Assembly: GCA_965227295.1 (NCBI GenBank)
Contig: OZ245742.1
Coordinates: 2,080,001-2,144,000, forward strand
Reading direction: 5' to 3'
From: Leptonemataceae bacterium
Lineage (GTDB): Bacteria; Spirochaetota; Leptospiria; Leptospirales; Leptonemataceae
Length of the DNA: 64,000 nt
The notes beneath the pieces are model-generated. The model saw only the letters and a program-made list of their open reading frames with translations. It ran no database searches and was not told the origin of the DNA. Shown one piece after another: positions 19,848-29,374 of the stretch (the stretch's first letter is position 1; every line of letters starts with the position of its first letter). The position numbers and the translations under genes were made by a program.

Positions 19848-19980
19848 TTCCCGGCGCTGCTGAAATTCGAGAACCGTAGCGATCAAAAGCAGACGCTCTC
19901 GCCGCTGGTGAATGTGGGGTTATCGCTATATACCGCCGGCCACAAGTATCAGTTCGAAGAAAGTTTGTTTCGCTATGACG
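19848..19980 (+). repeat. 133-bp direct repeat, copy 2 (duplicated internal piece of the 17339-17875 gene)
   Basis: Same FPALLKFENRSDQKQTLSPLVNVGLSL.TAGHKYQFEESLFRYD-encoding sequence. Confidence 0.95.
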
Positions 19981-20027
19981 GGGGGCCATACTGGCCAGCC
20001 CCTCGCTTCGCCCCCCCCTTTCAATCC

Positions 20028-21449
20028 CTAACGCAATTCATCGCTTTCGTCGACGGCTTCCGTGCGCCAGTCGCCGCCCAGGGCTCGAATCAATTGCACC
20101 GTATTCAAGTAACGATCGCGGCGGATCTGCACGTCGCGGCGGCGGTTACCCAGTAACTGACGCTCAGCGTCGATTACCACCAGGTAGTTGACGAGGCCGC
20201 CCTCGAACTGAATGCGCGAGAGTTCGTAGACCCGCTCCGAAGATTCCAGGGCCTGACCGTTGGCGGTGACCCGGCGGGCCAGGGCGCCGTCCGCGGCGAG
20301 GGCGGATTCGACTTCGGCAAAGGCCTGCAAGATCGTCGCGCGATAATCGAGCAGGGTTTCGCGATACTGCGCCTCGGCGAGATCGATGTTCGCGAGCACG
20401 CGCCCGCCCTGGAAGAGCGGTACGCCGATGGACGCGCCCCAGGCGCCGCTGAAGTTGGAACGATCAAACAACTCATTCGCTTCGCCGCTGGAAAAACCCG
20501 CGTCCGCCGACAGCGAGATGCGCGGAAAGAGATCGCCCTTCGCCACACCGATGCGCGCGTTGGCCTGGCGCAGTTCTTCTTCGGCAGTGCGAATGTCCGG
20601 GCGGCGCTGCAACAAGAGCGACGGCACCGTCGCCGGAATCACCGGCGGCTGCGCGGCGACTTTCGTTTCGGCGAGCGGTTCCAGTCGGAAGTTCGCGGGG
20701 GTGCGGCCGAGCTGAATGGCCAGGGCGTTCTCGGCGGCGATGCGATCCTGATCGAGGGAATGCAACAGAGCCTCGTTTTCGTTCTTGAGCGCCGTGGCCT
20801 GGACCAGGGGCAACCGGCTGATGAGGCCGGCCTTGAACTGCGCGCCGAGAATCCTTAACTCATCTTCGTTAATTTCTAACGTCCGTCGAATCAGCGCGAT
20901 CTCTTCGTCCAGGAAACGCAGGCCGAAGTAGGCCAGGGCGACGTCGGCTTCTAAGGCCAGGCGCACCGCCTGCTCATCGAACTCCGCCGCGCCCAGTCCG
21001 GCCTCGCTCGCTTCGTAGGCCCGGCGCACGCGGCCGAAAAGATCCAGTTCATACGAAAGCATGAGCGGGGCACGAAACGAATCGCTCACGCGCGGGCCGC
21101 CGTCCGGCCGCGGTTCAATGTACTGGCGACGTTCGCCCGAGGCGCTGAACGAGAGCGAGGGAAAGAAACCGCCCCGCACACTGTCCAGGCGGGCCCGGGC
21201 CTGCTCCACGCGTTCGACGGCGGCGAGCATCTCCAGGTTTTCCTCGCGCGCCGCTGCGATGATTTCATTCAGCCGGGCGTCACCGAAACTCTCCCACCAG
21301 CGACCGTCGTCGGGATAGGTCGCGCCGTCGGCTTCGGCGGCGTAGCGGAACTGCGCATCCTCCGGCCCCTCCGGTCGTTCGTAGTCGGGGCCGATGGCGC
21401 AGGCGCTGACGGCGAGGACGAGGGCAATCGTAAGGATGCGGAATATCAT
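20028..21449 (-). CDS. Outer membrane efflux lipoprotein (NodT/OprM family)
   Basis: VSACAIGPDYERP, WWESFGD, SYELDLFGR, LLQRRPDI, ALGGDW; start at ATG 21449. Confidence 0.95.
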   Translation of the reverse strand: MIFRILTIALVLAVSACAIGPDYERPEGPEDAQFRYAAEADGATYPDDGRWWESFGDARLNEIIAAAREENLEMLAAVERVEQARARLDSVRGGFFPSLSFSASGERRQYIEPRPDGGPRVSDSFRAPLMLSYELDLFGRVRRAYEASEAGLGAAEFDEQAVRLALEADVALAYFGLRFLDEEIALIRRTLEINEDELRILGAQFKAGLISRLPLVQATALKNENEALLHSLDQDRIAAENALAIQLGRTPANFRLEPLAETKVAAQPPVIPATVPSLLLQRRPDIRTAEEELRQANARIGVAKGDLFPRISLSADAGFSSGEANELFDRSNFSGAWGASIGVPLFQGGRVLANIDLAEAQYRETLLDYRATILQAFAEVESALAADGALARRVTANGQALESSERVYELSRIQFEGGLVNYLVVIDAERQLLGNRRRDVQIRRDRYLNTVQLIRALGGDWRTEAVDESDELR

Positions 21450-21485
21450 GCGGGTTATTCTGGAGCATAATGAGTTTCTTGATGT

Positions 21486-22082
21486 ATGGCCGCAAGCAAA
21501 CTCGACGAATACAAAGAAGTCGTCCCGGCGAATCGCAAGGCCTGGCGGCAGTGGCTTGCGAAGCATCATGCAAAGTCCCCCGGCGTCTGGCTGGTCCTCG
21601 AAAAGAAGGGCAGCCGGAATCCGGAGCGGCTCATGCTGGACGAGGCCGTCGAGGAGGCCCTGTGTTACGGCTGGATCGACAGCGTGCCACGCAAGCGCGA
21701 CGAAGCAAGCTATCTACTGCTCATGACGCCGCGTAAGTCCGGGAGCGAGTGGTCGGCGATCAACAAGCGCCGTGTCCGGAAACTCATCGACGCCAGGCTC
21801 ATGACGAAGCACGGTCTTGCGAAGATCGAGGCCGCGCAGCATGACGGCTCCTGGTCGAAACTGGACGCGAGCGATCGCCTCGAAGTCCCGGCGGATTTAC
21901 ACAAGGCCTTCGCGAAACACAAAACCGCGCGTAAGAACTTCGACGCCTTTCCGCCCGGGGTTCGCAAGAACATCCTCGCCTGGATCCACAGCGCCAAACG
22001 CGAAGAGACGCGGGCGAAGCGCATCGCCGAAACCGTGGCAAAGGCCGCGGAGAATGTGCGCGCGAATCAGTGGCGGGGTTAG
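21486..22082 (+). CDS. YdeI/OmpD-associated family protein
   Basis: WRQWLAKHH, EEALCYGWID, SEWSAINK, AKREETRAKRI. Confidence 0.9.
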   Translation: MAASKLDEYKEVVPANRKAWRQWLAKHHAKSPGVWLVLEKKGSRNPERLMLDEAVEEALCYGWIDSVPRKRDEASYLLLMTPRKSGSEWSAINKRRVRKLIDARLMTKHGLAKIEAAQHDGSWSKLDASDRLEVPADLHKAFAKHKTARKNFDAFPPGVRKNILAWIHSAKREETRAKRIAETVAKAAENVRANQWRG

Positions 22083-22284
22083 GGAAAATCGAACTTCCCT
22101 TTAACTTCGTGAGCAGGGATACTGGCGGATCATGTCGTTTCGGAATCGCATCCTCGGCCTGGGCGTATGCGCCCTGCATGTCGTCGTGTGCAGTCCGAAA
22201 CATCCGCTGTTTGCTCAATGGTCTGAGATTCGCAATGCGTCGGCGGGTACAATTCCGAAAGCGGCAGGAAGTTTGCTCTCGTCT

Positions 22285-22997
22285 TTGCCCCGCGAGTTCA
22301 AGTTATATTCACTCTCCCGGTTTCGTAGATCTGAGATGGAGCCGCTGGGAACTAAAGCGCATGCCTGGTATCGACCGGATGAGTCCGATCGTCTTTCTTT
22401 CCTGTATAAGAGAACTCGAGAAAACACGGGCGAGGCGTGGGTCGAGAAATTAACGGCGGATCTTGCGGCGATGATCGGTCTTCAGCATGCGCGGCAGTAC
22501 CTGTGCCGTGAAGAAGATAGCGCCGCGGGAGTGCTGTCACTTAAGTTCGTAATGCCGGAGCCTCTGCGCGGTAAGAGTCGCGCACGGAAGGCCTTGCGGT
22601 ACATCTCTTCCTCGTTAATGGAAGGAAACCGCATATTGCATCTCTTGAATCCGAAGTACGATATGAAAAAGGTCCGCGGGCAGGTGGAAGCCGCTTTTAT
22701 GAAAAGGGGCGTAGTGCCATCTATCCGGAAGATGGTACCGGCAAAGCGCTTACTTTTACCGAACTCGCGAAGGCCTGTGTCAGTGCGGAGTACAAGCACG
22801 CGGGAAGTGCTGCATATTGCGAGGAAGTGATTTGCAATATTCAGACCGTTCGTAGCGAAGACGTCGAGAAAGTCCTGGAGCTATTCCCGCCGGAAATGTT
22901 GACAGAGGCCGACCGTAGATTTACGCTTGAATATCTGGCTCACAGCCGGGAGGTTTTATCCAGTGTCGCAGAGACTATTCCTCATCTGGAAAGCTGA
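22285..22997 (+). pseudogene. HipA-like kinase with catalytic core deleted
   Basis: N-lobe EPLGTKAHAW..LYK..TGEAWVEKL..GVLS..LMEGN; after ~22690 another frame gives the C-terminus FYEKGRSAIY..FPPEMLTE..RRFTLEYL; no DRHxxN or DxG. Confidence 0.7.
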
Positions 22998-23724
22998 CTC
23001 CATGAACGGAGAAAACTTTCCCATCGGCGCACTGGATTTTGACGGCGAATGCTATGAGTTCCGCTATCTGTCCGGCCTTCGCGCGGCGCGGGAGAAGGGC
23101 TTTACGCTGCTGCCCGAGTTTTCGGACGACGAACGCACGTATCGCAGCGAACACCTCTTCCCGTTGTTCTCGAATCGAATCGTCCAGTCTGGACAAAAAA
23201 AATTCCCGGAGTACATCCGGGCCCTCGGTCTGGAACAGCAAGATTCAAAGTGGATGCCCTTGTACATGCTCGATCGATCCCGCGGCTTACGGGCAACGGA
23301 TAGTTACCGACTCTTTCTTTGTCCGGAACCACAGGCCGGTTGCTTTCGCGTGCGGACCTTTACTTCCGGCGCCACCCGGGATCGTTTTTACGACAATCTG
23401 CTCCGCTTTTCCCGAAAAAAGAATCCCCCGGCAAACCTGCTTTTACGCCGGGAGCCCGAAAACAAGTACGACAATAACGCACTCCTCGTCATGGACGCCG
23501 GCGGCCTGGAACTCGGTTTCGTGCCCGCGTATTACGCCTCCGAGTTAAGCCCGCGCATTCGAAAGCGGGACCAGGTGGACTGCCGTCTGGTGCAGTTCAA
23601 TACTCCGGTGAGTCAATGGGGTCCCGATGTGCTGCTGATCGAGTTGGAGTGCTCCTGGCCGAAGGACTGGCAGCCGTTCTCGACGGGTATGTATGAGGAA
23701 TATCGCAGCGCGGTCAGCGTGTAG
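22963..23724 (+). CDS. HipA-N(HipS)-like plus HIRAN domain protein
   Basis: YEFRY..LFPLFSNRI..ATDSY N-terminal part; LRREPENKYDNNAL..LGFVPAYYA HIRAN motif. Confidence 0.85.
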   Translation: MSQRLFLIWKADSMNGENFPIGALDFDGECYEFRYLSGLRAAREKGFTLLPEFSDDERTYRSEHLFPLFSNRIVQSGQKKFPEYIRALGLEQQDSKWMPLYMLDRSRGLRATDSYRLFLCPEPQAGCFRVRTFTSGATRDRFYDNLLRFSRKKNPPANLLLRREPENKYDNNALLVMDAGGLELGFVPAYYASELSPRIRKRDQVDCRLVQFNTPVSQWGPDVLLIELECSWPKDWQPFSTGMYEEYRSAVSV

Positions 23725-24060
23725 ATCGGCGGCGGAACTGATTCACTATTTTCTTCTCGAACGCGCCGAAACCAGGCGGACATTGGCCCTTGATAAGATC
23801 GATGTTAGCTGCGGCTCCGTCCCAGTAGTCTTCGACGAAGTCTCGCGCCAGTTCCGTGCTGCCGTGGCCATACACGCGGTCTAAACGATTAGAGATTTCG
23901 GTAAGTTCGTTCAGGGTTGCCTTTGGGTTCGGATCTTTCTCGGCGCGATATTTTTTCCCGGCGTACTTACCGTAGCCGTTGGGGCCGATCAAAACGTCCG
24001 CGCCCTGTCCACACAAAACCAGTTCCCGATTCTCCATTCGCATACTATCTTCCTGAATAG
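23714..24060 (-). CDS. Hypothetical protein or fragment
   Basis: Open frame filling the gap between HIRAN and VTT genes; start uncertain. Confidence 0.35.
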
Positions 24061-24065
24061 CCCCC

Positions 24066-24725
24066 GTGAAAGGCCCCATCAAACTTGCCCTCATCCTGTT
24101 CGTCGTCTTCCAGACGTTGTTCTTCTTCAACTACACGTTCGGCTGGATCACCGTCGACAACGTGCGCGCATTGCTCGCATCGCTCCAGGCCTCGCCGCGG
24201 GCCGCGTTATGGATCGCGTTGCTCGTCATCGCCGTGCTCGCTGTCGACAGCGTGCTCGCCGTGCCCACGACGGCGACGGCCATCCTCGCCGGTTACTTTC
24301 TCGGCATGCTCACCGGCGGCGCGGCGACGTCCCTGGGTCTGATGATCGCGGGTTCGATTTGTTTCTTCGGCAGTCGTTACGGCGGCGATCGACTGTTTCG
24401 CATGATCGTCCCCGACGATGAAAACGAACGCCTGCGCGATTGGTTCGAGGCGTCCGGCGGGCTCGCGTTGATCATCTGTCGTGCGCTGCCCATGCTCCCG
24501 GAAGTGCTCTCGTGTCTCGCGGGCATTTCCGGCATGCGCACGGCGAAGTACTATCTCCTGTTCGCGGCGGGGAACATCCCGTTCGCCTTTCTCGCGGCTT
24601 ACGCCGGTTCCATCAGCAGCCTGGAGCAACCCTGGCCGGCGTTGGCCGTGGGCGTGGGATTGCCGGCCCTCGCCTGGGTCGTGTGGTACTTTCTTAAGAT
24701 GCGATCTCGTGATATTAAGATTTAG
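24066..24725 (+). CDS. DedA/VTT (SNARE-associated) membrane protein
   Basis: Hydrophobic; DSVLAVP, CRALPMLPEV, AGNIP. Confidence 0.85.
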   Translation: MKGPIKLALILFVVFQTLFFFNYTFGWITVDNVRALLASLQASPRAALWIALLVIAVLAVDSVLAVPTTATAILAGYFLGMLTGGAATSLGLMIAGSICFFGSRYGGDRLFRMIVPDDENERLRDWFEASGGLALIICRALPMLPEVLSCLAGISGMRTAKYYLLFAAGNIPFAFLAAYAGSISSLEQPWPALAVGVGLPALAWVVWYFLKMRSRDIKI

Positions 24726-25852
24726 CGGGCGGACCTGTCGCGGCGTTCAGAAACTGAGCCAGCTGATGCTGCTTGCATAATCCCGTACAGACGAATCAAC
24801 TCATCTTTCCCGCGGAGTCGCCCGCGGCCCGCGTGCCGGAGGCCCTGTCGATCGGCCTCGCTCAGGTACTCGTAGTAGGCCTCACTGACCAGGACGCCGG
24901 CGCCGAGTTTCTTACACGCCCCCTGGATGCGCGCCGTAGTGTTCAACACGTCGCCCATGTACGCGATCTCGCGTTTCCAATCGCCCAGTTCGCCGACCAT
25001 GGCCGGACCCACGTGGATGCCGGACTTGAACTCCGGGACCAGGCCGTAACGTTTTTCGTAGTACTCCCGTCGCGAGGCCAGGCGCGCGTGCACGGCCTGG
25101 ACGCAGCGCAACGCCGCGGCGTTGCGGGCGCCGCGTTCCACCGACCACACGATGATGATCTCATCGCCGACGTACTTGTTGATCTCCCCGCCGTGTTCGA
25201 GGATCTCCGCGCCGGCGTCCGTCATAAAGTCCTGGATCAACGCGAAGAACTGCGTGGGACCGATGCGCTCGGCGATCGTGGTCGACGAGTTCAGATCCAT
25301 AAACATGAAGACCCGCTCCACAATGCGCGGTTTCTTAAAACGTGCGAACAAGAACTTACCCGTGATGCCGCGCCCCACTAACGACGTCATCTGATGGGCA
25401 AAGATGATGCTGATGAAAAAAATAAAGTAAAAGACCAGATTGATGATGACCACCGGGCCGGAAAAGTACTCCCGCACTCCGGCCAGGACCTCGGGATCCA
25501 GCGGGCCTTTGCCGGTGGTCTGCACGTTGTAGAGCACGGACATGAGCACGGTCAGGCCGATGTACAGCAACATCAGGAGACTGCCCCGAATCAACACCTG
25601 AAGCAACAGACCGAACCGCCGAAAGAAGTTCGCGAGCACGAAGAACTCGAAGATCGAAAAGACCGTGCCGCCGATCAGTCCGCCCAGGACGTACGTCACC
25701 AGGTTCTGGGTGGTGTCGTAGTTACCGATTTGCTGCAGGTCCGGTGCGGTGCGAATGAAAGCATCGTTGAAAAACAACAGCAACGAAAACAGGACCGACG
25801 CGACGACCGTTAACAGGGCTTCTTTCAATCGCATGCGAAAGGAGCGGCTCAT
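24722..25852 (-). CDS. Membrane-bound class III adenylate/guanylate cyclase
   Basis: FMFMDLNSSTTIAE, KYVGDEI, GDVLNTTARIQ, LRGK. Confidence 0.92.
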   Translation of the reverse strand: MSRSFRMRLKEALLTVVASVLFSLLLFFNDAFIRTAPDLQQIGNYDTTQNLVTYVLGGLIGGTVFSIFEFFVLANFFRRFGLLLQVLIRGSLLMLLYIGLTVLMSVLYNVQTTGKGPLDPEVLAGVREYFSGPVVIINLVFYFIFFISIIFAHQMTSLVGRGITGKFLFARFKKPRIVERVFMFMDLNSSTTIAERIGPTQFFALIQDFMTDAGAEILEHGGEINKYVGDEIIIVWSVERGARNAAALRCVQAVHARLASRREYYEKRYGLVPEFKSGIHVGPAMVGELGDWKREIAYMGDVLNTTARIQGACKKLGAGVLVSEAYYEYLSEADRQGLRHAGRGRLRGKDELIRLYGIMQAASAGSVSERRDRSAR

Positions 25853-25956
25853 GTACTCAAGTCTCTGCAAGCTGCTTCGAAAAAGCAAGCCCGATGTCGA
25901 ATTCGTTTTGCCTTCGTTCGAGTTGACGGCGGCGTGCGGCCGTGCGCGGATAGTCC

Positions 25957-26742
25957 ATGCCGAAGATTCATCCCACCGCCATCGTAGATTCCGCCGCCGA
26001 GTTGCACGACAGCGTCGAGGTCGGCCCGTATTCCATCATTGACGGCCACGTAAAAATCGGCGAGGGCACCATCGTCAGCTCCCACGTACGCATCTACGCC
26101 CACGCCGTCATCGGCAAACGCAATCGCATCTACCACGGCGTCGTACTGAACGGCGATCCCCAGGACTACGGCTTCAAGCCGGGCGATCCCTGCTACACCG
26201 TCGTCGGCGACGACAACCTCATCCGCGAAGACTTCAACTGCAGCGGCTCCGCGGACCCCGGGCATCCTACACGCATCGGCAACCATAACATGATGATGTG
26301 CGACACGCACATCGGCCACGACGTACAGTGGGGCGATCACAGCGTGCTTGTACCCGGCGGCATCGTTGCCGGCCACGCGGAGATCGGCAGCTACGCCATC
26401 ATCGGCGGCGGCACGGCGGTGCATCAGCACAACCGCGTCGGCGACTACGCCATGGTGGGCGGTATGACGGGCGTGCGCAAAGACGTGCCGCCGTATTCGT
26501 TAGCTGAAGGCGCGGATCACTTTACCTGGAAGGGATTGAACGTCATCGGCCTCAAGCGCGCGGGTTTTACGCCGGACGAGCGCAAGCGATTAAAAGATTT
26601 CTACAACAAGATCTATCGGAGCGGCAAGGGCATGGGCACCGCGGTCAAGGAACTGGCCGAAGATCCGTCTCTGAACGAGCGCGAGCGTATGATCATCAAG
26701 TTCTTTCAGGACAGCAAGCGCGGCATGATCCCGCCGCACTGA
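25957..26742 (+). CDS. lpxA: Acyl-ACP:UDP-GlcNAc acyltransferase
   Basis: IHPTAIV, hexapeptide repeats, PQD, HIGHD, AVHQ, DVPPY, GLNVIGLKRAGF. Confidence 0.9.
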   Translation: MPKIHPTAIVDSAAELHDSVEVGPYSIIDGHVKIGEGTIVSSHVRIYAHAVIGKRNRIYHGVVLNGDPQDYGFKPGDPCYTVVGDDNLIREDFNCSGSADPGHPTRIGNHNMMMCDTHIGHDVQWGDHSVLVPGGIVAGHAEIGSYAIIGGGTAVHQHNRVGDYAMVGGMTGVRKDVPPYSLAEGADHFTWKGLNVIGLKRAGFTPDERKRLKDFYNKIYRSGKGMGTAVKELAEDPSLNERERMIIKFFQDSKRGMIPPH

Positions 26743-26895
26743 GCCGGCGCCCCGCCTGGTTAAGTTTTATTCGGGGCGTAGTTTCGGGAATTTTTTCTTT
26801 ACGCAAATTTTGATTCAGTGGATGCTCGCCCGAGTCCTCGGGATTGCGGTCCCGGGTGTATAGCGTAAAATACTTCACTTTCACAGGAGGCATGT

Positions 26896-27561
26896 ATGTC
26901 CGCTCCTCTCGTAGGACAAATGCAGCCCTTCGGATTCAACTGGGAGCCGCGCGGATGGATAATCTGCAGCGGGCAGACTCTGCCTATTTCCCAGTTTACC
27001 GCTCTCTACTCCCTCATCGGTGATCGCTTCGGCGGCGACGGCCGGGTGACCTTCGGCATCCCGGACCTGCGGGGGCGGAATTGCATCGGCTCCGGCGGTG
27101 GCCCGGCTACGAGCAACTACCCCTGGGGTGCCGGGGGCGGCGCGGAAACGGTGACCCTGGCAAATTCCAATCTGCCCTTGCACAGCCACCCGCTGGCCAG
27201 TACCGGCCCGCCGCCCATCGACGCGACGACCGAAGTGGTCGCTTCGTCCTTAACGTCCACGGCGACGGTCAAGGCCAACGGAAGCGCCGGCACCGGCTAC
27301 TCGCCTGTGAACCAGTACTACGGAGCCAGAAGCGGAGAGAATGTCTACAGCTTGAGCAATGATACGACCATGGCGAACGATATGCTCACCGTCACGACCA
27401 CCCTGGACTCTCTCACTTTGAGCACCACGGGCGTCGTGGACCTCACCGGCGTGAGCACCGGAGACACCGGCCAGGGTGTGCCCTTCGACATTCAGGATCC
27501 CTTTACAGCCATCGGCTGTTACGCCATTGCCAACGAGGGTCTCTATCCTCCGCGCAACTAA
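26896..27561 (+). CDS. Tail-collar domain protein (microcystin-dependent protein-like)
   Basis: GQMQPFGFNWEPRGW..ALYSLIG..GGDG..TFGIPDLRGR; ends GLYPPRN; AGGAGG RBS. Confidence 0.9.
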   Translation: MSAPLVGQMQPFGFNWEPRGWIICSGQTLPISQFTALYSLIGDRFGGDGRVTFGIPDLRGRNCIGSGGGPATSNYPWGAGGGAETVTLANSNLPLHSHPLASTGPPPIDATTEVVASSLTSTATVKANGSAGTGYSPVNQYYGARSGENVYSLSNDTTMANDMLTVTTTLDSLTLSTTGVVDLTGVSTGDTGQGVPFDIQDPFTAIGCYAIANEGLYPPRN

Positions 27562-27594
27562 TTCCAGAATCCTCAACAATTAAGGAAGAATCAT

Positions 27595-28263
27595 ATGTCA
27601 AATCCCCTCATCGGCCAATTACAACCCTTCGGATTCAACTGGGCACCGCACGGTTGGATCGGCTGTTTCGGCCAACTGCTCTCAATTTCGCAATCCCAGG
27701 CCCTCTATTCCCTCGTCGGTGACCGCTACGGCGGGGACGGCCGGAGCACCTTCGGCATCCCGGACCTGCGCGGACGCCGTCCCATCGGCTCCGGCCAGGG
27801 TCCGGCTACGAACAACTATCCCTGGGGTGCCAGGGGCGGCGTGGAACAGGTCGGCCTGTCGACGGATCATCTGCCGGCGCACAGCCACCCGTTGAGCAGT
27901 GCCACCCCGCCGCCCATCGACGCGACGACCGTGATGACCGAATCCAGTCTCACATCCACGGCCGTCGTTAAGGCCAACGGTTCCGGCGTTACGGGCTACG
28001 TGCCCACGGGGCAGTATCCCGGAGCAAACGTGGCTGCGGACATATACAACGCCAACGCTGACAACGCCACGATGGCGAACGATATGGTCACCGTCACAAC
28101 CACTCTGGACTCCGTGACTCTGAGCACCACGGGCACCGTGGACCTCACCGGCGTGAGCACCGGAAACACCGGGGCCGGAGAAGCCTTCAGCGTCCTGAGC
28201 CCGTATACGGCGATCGGCTGCTACGCCATCAACGAAAACGGTACCTATCCCTCGCGGAATTAG
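27595..28263 (+). CDS. Tail-collar domain protein, paralogue 2
   Basis: Same collar motif; ends GTYPSRN; close paralogue of preceding gene. Confidence 0.9.
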   Translation: MSNPLIGQLQPFGFNWAPHGWIGCFGQLLSISQSQALYSLVGDRYGGDGRSTFGIPDLRGRRPIGSGQGPATNNYPWGARGGVEQVGLSTDHLPAHSHPLSSATPPPIDATTVMTESSLTSTAVVKANGSGVTGYVPTGQYPGANVAADIYNANADNATMANDMVTVTTTLDSVTLSTTGTVDLTGVSTGNTGAGEAFSVLSPYTAIGCYAINENGTYPSRN

Positions 28264-28268
28264 AGCCG

Positions 28269-28305
28269 GGGCTTTCGATTACCTCTCCGCGATAATCGAA
28301 AGCCC
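28269..28305. terminator. Hairpin after collar gene 2, possible terminator
   Basis: GGGCTTTCGATTA / TAATCGAAAGCCC 13-bp stem; no clear U-tract. Confidence 0.5.
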
Positions 28306-28500
28306 GTTGATCCCCAGGCCGCCTGAGCAGACGTTGCTCACCGCCGTGGCATCGCCTTTCAGGTCGGCCTTCAGGAACTCCGCGCTCACTCGCGCCGCCG
28401 TTTCGATGACCGTGGCCTGGTCCAACGTCTGGGCGTTGGAGTCCGCCCGGGCGTCCTCCGGAAGATTCGTATCCGTGAGGCCGTAGTGGTTCGACCCATG
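28279..28500 (-). pseudogene. C-terminal remnant of an alpha/beta hydrolase (chlorophyllase-like)
   Basis: GSNHYGLTD..TLDQ..IETAARVSAEFLKADL resembles the catalytic-His region; no N-terminus. Confidence 0.5.
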
Positions 28501-28684
28501 CCTTAAGCGCCGCTCACGTTGCAAAGTTATCAGTCCCGAACAAACCGGCGCTCCACAAAAAAACGACAATACCACAATCGTCCGTCCCGGCAGTCATTAA
28601 TTGTCTTGAATAAATAAACGCTGCAGCTAATCTGCCGGGTCGTATCGCTCCGCGTGTACGCAGCGGGGGGGGGGGGAGGTATAT

Positions 28685-29371
28685 ATGTCCGAGCCGATGA
28701 TGGGTTCCATTCAGATGTTCGCGTTCACGTCACTGCCGCGGGGCTGGGCGTACTGCGACGGCCGACTGCTTAATATCCAGAGCTTTCATTCCCTGTTCAC
28801 CCTTGTGGGGGATCAATACGGTGGCGACGGCCGCGTGGCGTTTGGCTTGCCGGATTTTCGAGGAAGGGCACCGGTGGGTGCCGGCCAGGCTCCGGGGATG
28901 CAGGATTATCCGGTCGGATCCAAAACCGGCAGGGAATTTGTGAGGGATGTGCCGCGGCACTCCCACGCCCTGACCGGCGGTAAAGTCTTCTGCAGCGCAG
29001 GCACTTATTTGAGGGAATCAAAAATCGAATCCACGGCTACGGCGTACGCGAACGGTCAGACGTTTGCGACGTATCAACCATCCGGAAATTACCCCGGCAC
29101 AAACACTTCCTACGATGTGTACGCCTCCGAGTCGAACACTACCATGCATCCCGATTTCATTACAGTCGAGTCGAAGCTGACTGAGCTCGAATTACAGACG
29201 GATGTCGCTGCGTATTTTGAGCCCCCCGGCGTCGAGCCCGCGGGCCAGCATAGCGAACTGGACATCCGGCAACCGGTGCAGACCATCGGCAACTTCGGCA
29301 TCAATTTCAACGGCCGCTATCCGGTGTGGGCGAGCGAGTCGGAAGACACGCTGGCACCGACGCCCGATTAG
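28685..29371 (+). CDS. Tail-collar domain protein, paralogue 3
   Basis: GSIQMFAF..PRGWAYCDG..GGDGRVAFGLPDFRGR. Confidence 0.88.
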   Translation: MSEPMMGSIQMFAFTSLPRGWAYCDGRLLNIQSFHSLFTLVGDQYGGDGRVAFGLPDFRGRAPVGAGQAPGMQDYPVGSKTGREFVRDVPRHSHALTGGKVFCSAGTYLRESKIESTATAYANGQTFATYQPSGNYPGTNTSYDVYASESNTTMHPDFITVESKLTELELQTDVAAYFEPPGVEPAGQHSELDIRQPVQTIGNFGINFNGRYPVWASESEDTLAPTPD

Positions 29372-29374
29372 CCC

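Noticed and set aside
19764..20156. 130-aa ORF as a real gene
   Set aside because: Chimera of a duplicated fragment that runs antisense into the efflux gene
26896..29371. Prophage tail module
   Set aside because: No terminase, capsid, baseplate or integrase genes nearby
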